From: a virus | Lineage: Duplodnaviria > Caudoviricetes | DNA length: 64,000 nucleotides | Strand: one strand, 5' to 3' | IMG/VR virus record: IMGVR_UViG_3300021255_002694 | In this document: piece after piece, positions 23,104-30,283 of the stretch | Position numbering within the stretch: position 1 is the stretch's first letter | Layout of the letters: the number at the start of each line of letters is the position of its first letter | Position numbers and translations under genes: made by a program | Notes under the pieces: model-generated | What the model saw: the letters and a program-made list of their open reading frames with translations, nothing else | What the model was told of the DNA's origin: nothing | Database searches by the model: none

Positions 23104-24321
23104 ATGGGAAAATTCGTAAGTCTGTCTATGTTGAAGAATTATTCTCCATCACTTGTGAACAGAGATGATTCCGGTGATGCAAAACAGGTTGTTGTTGGTG
23201 GAGTAAACCGTGCTAGAATTTCAAGCCAATGCTTGAAGAGGGCTGTGCGAGAGGAAATCGGAAACAGAGGTATTACAACCGCACATCTTGAAGACCTTGT
23301 TGAGCAGATTCTTTCCGATGAGTGTGTAAAAGGAACTATCTCTGAATCTGATATTGAAACTATTGGAAAAGCCGTTTGCTGTGAAGATGTACTCAACTGT
23401 GATTGGTCTAAGAGAGCATCAAAGACTGGTGAGAAGAAAGATGATGACGGAAAAGGCAGAACAGTCAATCAGGTTAATATGGTTGAGATCGGAACTGTAA
23501 TTAGGGTTGCAATCGAAAACAAGGACGCAAATCAGAAGGAACTTGTTAAAGCGATTAGAAATGCTCTTAATGATGTAAGAATTTCTGTAGATAAAGCAAT
23601 GTTTGGAACAATGGCAACATCCGGTTTGATTGAGACTGTTGATGGTGCTGTTCAGGTTGCACAGACATTCAGCATTGATGAGTACATCCCCGAAGATGAT
23701 TTTATCGTAGCAAAATTCTCTGCTGAAAATACAGATGACTTTGATCCGTTTTTCGGTAGTTACAAGAAATTTGAGAATGACAACATGAGAAAAACAGGAA
23801 GTGAAACACTTGCAAGTTCATGTCTGCACTCTAACACAATGCTTACATGCACATCCGTGAATGTTACAGAACTTAAAAGAAATCTATCTAGCAGTATTCA
23901 GCATACAGCGATTGATGTTGAAAATATTGATTCTGATGTTGCAAAAAGTGTATGTGACTATATCGAAACTGTAATCACAGCAGAACCGTCCGCAAAACAG
24001 AATGCCATGTCTGCACACTCTGTTCCGGCAGTTGTATATATTGAAGTTATTGAAGATGGTGCTGTTAAGTATCCGCAAGGTTCTTTTGAAAAGATCGTAA
24101 GGAGAACGGAATCCGATTCTGTATCTGAAATCGGAATTAAGCGAATTTCAGAATTTGCTGCCGATGATACTTTCAGAACAGGTAACATTAAGAAGTATGT
24201 CATGCTTTCTGCACCGTATAAGCGTCTTGAAGATATGTTTACAGATTCCGGAGTTACTGTAATTAAGAATCTAAGTAATCTTAGAGAAATTCTTGGTTCG
24301 GATATTCTTGGCATGATTTAA
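23104..24321 (+). CDS. cas7: Type I-E Cas7 (Cse4/CasC)
   Basis: PS.VNRDDSG..K....GG..RARISSQC.KRA.R, D.AMFG.M, VDGAVQVA, PSAKQN motifs. Confidence 0.93.
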   Translation: MGKFVSLSMLKNYSPSLVNRDDSGDAKQVVVGGVNRARISSQCLKRAVREEIGNRGITTAHLEDLVEQILSDECVKGTISESDIETIGKAVCCEDVLNCDWSKRASKTGEKKDDDGKGRTVNQVNMVEIGTVIRVAIENKDANQKELVKAIRNALNDVRISVDKAMFGTMATSGLIETVDGAVQVAQTFSIDEYIPEDDFIVAKFSAENTDDFDPFFGSYKKFENDNMRKTGSETLASSCLHSNTMLTCTSVNVTELKRNLSSSIQHTAIDVENIDSDVAKSVCDYIETVITAEPSAKQNAMSAHSVPAVVYIEVIEDGAVKYPQGSFEKIVRRTESDSVSEIGIKRISEFAADDTFRTGNIKKYVMLSAPYKRLEDMFTDSGVTVIKNLSNLREILGSDILGMI

Positions 24322-24392
24322 ATGTACCGTGCATGGATTGAAGCTAAATAATTTTGTGTGACATGCATATCGAAATCCACGTATTTCATAGT

Positions 24393-25148
24393 CTTTTTCC
24401 CACGCACATGGGGGTTATCCTATGCAGGTTTCCATGCACCTGATTTTCTTCCACTTTTTCCCACGCACATGGGGGTTATCCTCAAGCAAAAGGTCCTGAT
24501 TACTTTGAAGATATCTTTTTCCCACGCACATGGGGGTTATCCTGCCATCTTACTGGTTTCATAAAATCAAATCCTCTTTTTCCCACGCACATGGGGGTTA
24601 TCCCATCTTTCAATTCCTCCTCTGGAATTAGTTTGACTTTTTCCCACTCACACGGGGGTTATCTCAAAATCAAGATATTCCTGCTGCTGCAATTCGGATT
24701 TTTCCAACTCATACGGGTGGTTATCCTTTTCCAGTGATCGGATCAAAACCATCCTTTAACTTTTTCCTACTTTCGTGGAGTTATCCCTATTACAGGACTT
24801 GCACAATCAATACCTGAACCTTTTTCCACTCGCGTGGTGGTTATCCGCATTCGAGTCTTTCAGTCTGTGTTCCAGTACAGCTTTTCCCACCTGCATGGGG
24901 GTTATCCTTACTAGAAGAATTCCTTTCATAATATGTCTCATTTTCCCACTCGAATTGGGTTATCCAGATATTCCACAGGTATTGGTCCAAATCCAAGTCT
25001 TTTTCTCCACACACATGGGGTTATCCTTGATTTGTCAGAGTTCCTGGTGTACAAGCACACTTTTTCCCATGCAAGTTGGGGGTTATCCTACTCTGCTGTT
25101 TTGATAATTGCATCCGTTGTCCTTTTCCCGTGCAAACGGGGGTTATCC
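24393..25148 (+). CRISPR. CRISPR array 1, type I-E: 13 repeats, 12 spacers of 33 nt; consensus CTTTTTCCCACGCACATGGGGGTTATCC
   Basis: R1-R4 identical 28-mers at 61-nt period (24393, 24454, 24515, 24576); R5-R13 degenerate but keep the TTTT start and GTTATCC-like end. Confidence 0.97.
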
Positions 25149-25170
25149 TTAAAAGAGAGGGGTTTACTTT

Positions 25171-25692
25171 ATGAAATATATTAAGCTAATGTTTAAAGGT
25201 GTATTGCAGCATTACGCACCACCTAAATATGTTGTTATTGCACCATCAAGCACATATTATAGAACAGAGAGATGTCCAACAAAATCATCTATTGTAGGTC
25301 TTATTGGAGCATCTTCCGGATATGATAGAGATGATATTAGACTTATAGAATTAAAAAATAAAATTGACTGTAAGTATTCTATTATTAGAAATGGAACAGT
25401 TATTGTTGATTTTCAAACTGTAAGACCAATCGGTGATGAAAAATTCAGAAAAGTTGATGGTGGACTATCAACTGGTGCAATCATTAAGAAAGTTGAGTAT
25501 CTTCAAAATTATTCTTTTAATGTATATGTTGGTGCAGACGATGGAACTTTGAAACAGATTTACGATGCGCTTAGAAATCCTGTTTACCACCAATATTTTG
25601 GAAAAAGAAGTTGTGTTCCATCAGAACCTATTGTTACAGATTTTAATGTTGTTGATTTGGGGGTGCTTGAAAATGTATATGACTGTCCTTAA
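25171..25692 (+). CDS. cas5: Type I-E Cas5 (CasD), compact
   Basis: R.T..CPTKS.IVGLIGA..G..R, DFQTV, EYL...F, AL.NP....FG+RSC.PS.P. Confidence 0.9.
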   Translation: MKYIKLMFKGVLQHYAPPKYVVIAPSSTYYRTERCPTKSSIVGLIGASSGYDRDDIRLIELKNKIDCKYSIIRNGTVIVDFQTVRPIGDEKFRKVDGGLSTGAIIKKVEYLQNYSFNVYVGADDGTLKQIYDALRNPVYHQYFGKRSCVPSEPIVTDFNVVDLGVLENVYDCP

Positions 25693-26248
25693 AATTGATT
25701 TTGATTCACTTCAAACAAGATCATATCTTATGAAGATTGATGATGGTGATTTCATGCATAGATGGCTTACATCACAGATGGATTGTGAAAGAGTAGATCA
25801 GCATATTCTATACAGGGTTGACAAGTTTACAGACTCAATCTATATTTATATTCAATCTGACTCTGCATTCAATCTTAAAAATGTGCAGAAGTCTGGAATG
25901 AGTGTTGTTAAGCAGTTTGAAATTAACTGTGTCGGAGATAAAATCGCATTTGCTGTAAGATGTTTCCCGACTCACAGAGTAGGAGATAAAAGACTTTACA
26001 TCCTTAATACAGATGATCGCATGAACTATGTTAAAAGAATTTTATCGAGATATATTGATGTTGAGTCACTGACAGAAAATAGGTCTGCAATGTATTCAGT
26101 TAAAGGGAACGTAAAGTTGACATTTTGTGATTTCTCCGGTGTTGGAACTGTGAAGAACATGGGTAATTTTATGAATATTGTTAGGAATGGTATTGGAAAA
26201 TGCAAATGCTATGGCGCTGGAATGCTTCTTTTTAAGGGTGTGAATTGA
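25673..26248 (+). CDS. cas6e: Type I-E Cas6e (Cse3/CasE)
   Basis: MHR, ILYRVD, IQS motifs and C-terminal Gly-rich loop GIGKCKCYGAGML. Confidence 0.88.
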   Translation: MYMTVLKIDFDSLQTRSYLMKIDDGDFMHRWLTSQMDCERVDQHILYRVDKFTDSIYIYIQSDSAFNLKNVQKSGMSVVKQFEINCVGDKIAFAVRCFPTHRVGDKRLYILNTDDRMNYVKRILSRYIDVESLTENRSAMYSVKGNVKLTFCDFSGVGTVKNMGNFMNIVRNGIGKCKCYGAGMLLFKGVN

Positions 26249-28981
26249 GTGAAAAAATCTTGGTGTGTACTTGCATATGTGAATCCAACAAATGAAGTAA
26301 GAGGAAAAACAAGAAGATACCTCTATGAGGTCAAGCCAAATGTGTTTGTCGGTACTGTATCTACTTTAGTCAGAGAAACACTCTGGAATAAGATTAAAGA
26401 AACAAATACACTTGCTTCTATTATCTATTCAGCTAATACTGAACAGGGATTTAAGTCTGAAAGTACATACGGAGATGCAATGTTTTCGGATTTCGATGGA
26501 GTTATTCTTCCGACTTTTGAAAAAAGCATTCTGTCTGTAAAAGACATTTATGCAAAATCTGACGGCAAGAAACTGATTGATCATCTATTTGAAGCCGGAT
26601 ATATTGCACATGCACTTCTTACATATGGTAGAGGAAAGAATGCGATTCAACACATTGCAAAGTTGCTCAATGTAGATGTAGATAAACTAATTGATCTTAC
26701 TTGTTTTCTTATTGGAACGCATGATATCGGTAAAGCACATCCAACTTTTCAATTAAATCTAAATGATTCCAATACGTGCTGTGATGAAATTCATGACACA
26801 GTAATTAAACTCTTTCTCAGTGGATCATTCGATGTTACCGATAGCGGAGAAATGCGACATGAAAGATATTCAAGAGATATTTTATATGACTATTTTAATG
26901 ATCTTGGATTAGATGAATATTCATATGAATACCTTGCAGATATTATTGCATTTCACCATCAAGGCAAACTTGGAGATGCCGAAGAACTGACTGTATGTTA
27001 TGGATCAGAGACAGAAGATCGCTGGAAAGAGTGGAGAAATGTTCAGAGGCAGATGATTGAAAAAGTGCGATCAATCTGGAATATTGACACAGACTTCATC
27101 AAAAGCCTTGAGGATAAAAAATATACAAACGGTCTTTGTTACTTTATTCTTTCTGTAATGGTAACATCTGATTGGATTGTATCTGGAAAACATTTTGTGC
27201 AAACACTCAGTAATTGTAAAGGTGATATTGAAAAAGCCGCAAAAAGTTTTATCTGTACAAATCATTTAGATTGTTCTTCTATCAAGGATTCTTTGAAAAA
27301 TATATCTTGGGGTTCAGTATTTTCATTTGATAAGAATGCACTACAGACTTTTGTAACATCTGAAAAAGTTTCAGTAGATACTGATGAATGTCCGATGTAT
27401 GTTATCGAATATCCATGTGGCTATGGAAAGACCGAAGCCGCTCTTGCACTTGCGTTAAAAATCGGCGCAGATAAGAGTGGAATTTATCTCGCTGCACCTA
27501 CAATGTCTACAGCAAAAGGTCTTGCTAATAGATGCCGAGATATTGCAAAAAATGCCGGAATTGAAATGAACATTCCAGAGTTCGACAGCAGTATGATCTG
27601 GGAAGATAATGAGATGGAGAAAATTCCAAGAGAACTGTGGACGAGTAAGACAAGACATCAAATGCTTTATCCATTTGCTGTAGGAACTATTGACCAAGTT
27701 CTTAAATCTGTGATCAAGTATAGGTACTCATGTATCGGTATGCTCGGACTTTCAGATAAGGTCGTTATTATTGATGAAGTTCATGCCTATGATGCTTATA
27801 TGCTGACAGAACTTAAAACGCTGATTAGGTGGTGTAAGTTTCTAGGAGTTCCGATTATTCTTCTGTCTGCAACACTTCCAACTGAAACAAAACAGCAGTT
27901 GTTCTCTGCATCTGGAATAGCGACAGACATTAAAGAGTACAGCAATGAGTATCCACTTATCACATATGCATATAATGGAAAACTTATTCAGGAGCATATT
28001 GATTGTGTTGGAAAAGATGTGAACATTAAAACAGTTGAATCGAATGATATCATTGTGTCAATGCTGAATTCAGCAATGTCTGTTGAATCTGGATGTATTG
28101 CACTTATTGCACCGACAGTTGATGATGCTTTTGCACTGTATGATATGTTGAATGAAGAAGTGACTGATTGTGATGTTATTCTGTATCATGGAAGAATGTC
28201 AGTTTCGGATAAATCTGATAAGGTAAAAGAATTACTAAGACTTTTTGGAAAAGATAGATCAAATAGACCGAAGAAAGCCATTGTTGTTGCGACATCTATC
28301 ATCGAACAATCTCTTGATGTTGATTTTGACTATATGTTCACTGCGCTTGCTCCTATTGATCTTCTTATTCAAAGACTCGGCAGAGTTCACAGACATTCGG
28401 ATAAGGGAACTATTAGAGAGTTTACAAAAATCGACAGTCCTTTTACAGTAGTTATTCCAAGATCATATGATAATCTTGCAAGAATTTATGATTCGGAAAT
28501 TCTAAATAGAACTAAAACAGAACTATCTAAGATTAAAAAATTGAATACCGTTGATGACGTTCGGAGTATTATTGACAGTGCATATAATGGCTATTCTCCA
28601 CAGAGAGATAATATTTCTAGGATCAGAGCAAATTCTGTAACTTTGAATGATCCTGTAAAAAGAGATGCCATTGAAACATCTCCTGAAAATTATAGATCAT
28701 TCGATCCGGTTCTTCCAATAACAAGAGAAGAAAGATATCCTACAACTGATGTAATCATCATTCGTGAAATCAAAGATGAATATAGTTTTGCAGAAATTCG
28801 TGATATCATGTTGAATAACTGTATTAGCGTTGCTTCATACAAACTTAATCCGTTCCATGAACTTGCAATTACGGATTTTGAATTTTTTAGAGATGCAGAA
28901 ATATATGTCAGCGATAGCATGTTCATCACTTCCGGAGAGCATATTATGACACTTACAGGAGATGGGTTGAGGATTGAATGA
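26249..28981 (+). CDS. cas3: Cas2-Cas3 fusion: I-E-type Cas2 (about aa 1-90), HD nuclease, SF2 helicase
   Basis: N-terminal RG...RYLYEV.PNVFVG.VS..VRE.LW...NTEQGF...DFDG.IL (I-E Cas2); DHL, HDIGK, RHE, HHQG, SDW (HD); PCGYGKT, DEVH, SAT, QRLGRVHR (helicase). Confidence 0.93.
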   Translation: MKKSWCVLAYVNPTNEVRGKTRRYLYEVKPNVFVGTVSTLVRETLWNKIKETNTLASIIYSANTEQGFKSESTYGDAMFSDFDGVILPTFEKSILSVKDIYAKSDGKKLIDHLFEAGYIAHALLTYGRGKNAIQHIAKLLNVDVDKLIDLTCFLIGTHDIGKAHPTFQLNLNDSNTCCDEIHDTVIKLFLSGSFDVTDSGEMRHERYSRDILYDYFNDLGLDEYSYEYLADIIAFHHQGKLGDAEELTVCYGSETEDRWKEWRNVQRQMIEKVRSIWNIDTDFIKSLEDKKYTNGLCYFILSVMVTSDWIVSGKHFVQTLSNCKGDIEKAAKSFICTNHLDCSSIKDSLKNISWGSVFSFDKNALQTFVTSEKVSVDTDECPMYVIEYPCGYGKTEAALALALKIGADKSGIYLAAPTMSTAKGLANRCRDIAKNAGIEMNIPEFDSSMIWEDNEMEKIPRELWTSKTRHQMLYPFAVGTIDQVLKSVIKYRYSCIGMLGLSDKVVIIDEVHAYDAYMLTELKTLIRWCKFLGVPIILLSATLPTETKQQLFSASGIATDIKEYSNEYPLITYAYNGKLIQEHIDCVGKDVNIKTVESNDIIVSMLNSAMSVESGCIALIAPTVDDAFALYDMLNEEVTDCDVILYHGRMSVSDKSDKVKELLRLFGKDRSNRPKKAIVVATSIIEQSLDVDFDYMFTALAPIDLLIQRLGRVHRHSDKGTIREFTKIDSPFTVVIPRSYDNLARIYDSEILNRTKTELSKIKKLNTVDDVRSIIDSAYNGYSPQRDNISRIRANSVTLNDPVKRDAIETSPENYRSFDPVLPITREERYPTTDVIIIREIKDEYSFAEIRDIMLNNCISVASYKLNPFHELAITDFEFFRDAEIYVSDSMFITSGEHIMTLTGDGLRIE

Positions 28982-28983
28982 TG

Positions 28984-29940
28984 CTTTTCCTCACTTCACG
29001 GGGGTTATCCTACTGCCGCAACCTTGACTACAAGTTCAATGCACTTTTCCACACTGCATGTGGGTTATCCTATTAAGTTGCAAGTCAAGGAATTGAATTA
29101 CGTCTTTTTCCAACACACGGTGGTTATCCACCATGAGAACGATCCTGCGATACAGCGGTTGACTTTTCAAACGCACACGATGTGGGGGGGGGTATCCAAA
29201 ATCATGCACTGATCGAGTCAAACGGACATACCTTTTCCAACGCACACATGGGGGTTATCCTGGCTACCCTGTAAAATTACACTACTTTCAAATCTTTTCC
29301 CCATACATAGGGGGTTATCCTCTGCCAGTCGTGTCGTTTTCATACTCGTTTCAGTCTTTTCCATACATATTGGGGTTATCCAAAGTATTTATTGCTGTTG
29401 ACAAAAGAGCAAATCTTTTTCCACTTATATGGTGGTTATCCTGCCGAAGCTGGCAATGCACTAGGAAAAGGTCACTTTTCCCATTACACTGGGGTTATCC
29501 GTTGTCATTGTGATCTCTTGACCAAATCTATACTTTCCCATACACACATGGGTTATCCTGACATTACAGATAAGACAATGATTACTGCAATCTTTTTCTC
29601 ACACATACGAGTGGGGGTTATCCTGAAAGAATGGATATAAATGGGCAGAACGACAGTCCCACCCCCCCCAATACACATTGGGGGAGGGGGCTTATCCATT
29701 GTTTACTGATAGCGCAGTTTGAACTAATGACTTTTCACGTATACATGTGGGAGTTATCCTTCATTACAAAGTTCGTATGAGTTTGACTTAAACTTTTCCA
29801 CACACATAGGGGTGGTTATCCTCGATATTCGGTTTAGATATCAACCGATCAAGCATTTTCCCCATATACACGGGGGTTATCCGGAGATTGCCGATATTTA
29901 CATTGAAGCAACAAACTTTTCCCAATCACACAGGGGTTAT
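28984..29940 (+). CRISPR. CRISPR array 2: 16 repeats, all different, with 15 spacers of about 33 nt
   Basis: About 60-nt periodic CTTTTC...GGTTATCC units starting 2 nt after the cas3 stop; repeat lengths about 25-41 nt. Confidence 0.93.
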
Positions 29941-29976
29941 AATTATTACAATTTGGTTACAGATGTAAATAGACCA

Positions 29977-30005
29977 TTGACTTTTTATCCGTGCTGTGTT
30001 ATAAT
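29977..30005 (+). promoter_or_regulatory. sigmaA-type promoter for the tandem RNA units and the TROVE/TerD gene
   Basis: TTGACT-N17-TATAAT with TG extension, about 10 nt before the first RNA unit. Confidence 0.75.
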
Positions 30006-30014
30006 ATGATCATA

Positions 30015-30110
30015 GGTTAAGCGTGTAAATGTTCATTATATGCAACATACTTTTCTTTATAGTGAATAAAAGTCATGAACATTTACTATGTGTTGCAAAA
30101 TAGCTTGACC
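30015..30110 (+). ncRNA. Structured RNA unit 1 (predicted pseudoknot)
   Basis: GGTTAAGC/GCTTGACC, GTAAATGTTCAT/ATGAACATTTAC, crossing TGCAAC/GTTGCA. Confidence 0.7.
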
Positions 30111-30119
30111 GTTTCTTTG

Positions 30120-30221
30120 TTGATAAGCGTTACTGGTACTTTATGTGACATACTTTTAATAGTCTTTTTTGGAAGAGATAACAGTCTGTATCAGTATATT
30201 CGTCACAAAGTAGCTTATCAA
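30120..30221 (+). ncRNA. Structured RNA unit 2 (same topology as unit 1)
   Basis: TTGATAAGC/GCTTATCAA, TACTGGTAC/GTATCAGTA, crossing TGTGAC/GTCACA; shares AAGCGT, ACATACTTTT and TAGCTT with unit 1. Confidence 0.7.
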
Positions 30222-30226
30222 TACAC

Positions 30227-30257
30227 AGAGCGGTTTGACAGATCATCAAGCCGCTCT
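30227..30257 (+). terminator. Strong hairpin between the RNA units and the downstream gene (terminator or processing stem)
   Basis: AGAGCGGTTTGA...TCAAGCCGCTCT followed by AT-rich tract. Confidence 0.5.
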
Positions 30258-30283
30258 ATATTTATGTTTGGAGGTATTAAAAA

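Noticed and set aside
24358-25184. ORFs of 68, 109 and 83 aa across array 1 (and similar ORFs at 29024-30009 across array 2)
   Set aside because: They are translations of repeat-spacer units, not genes.
20916-29940. CRISPR-associated transposon (CAST)
   Set aside because: No tnsABC/tniQ or other transposase is visible, and Cas3 nuclease motifs are intact.
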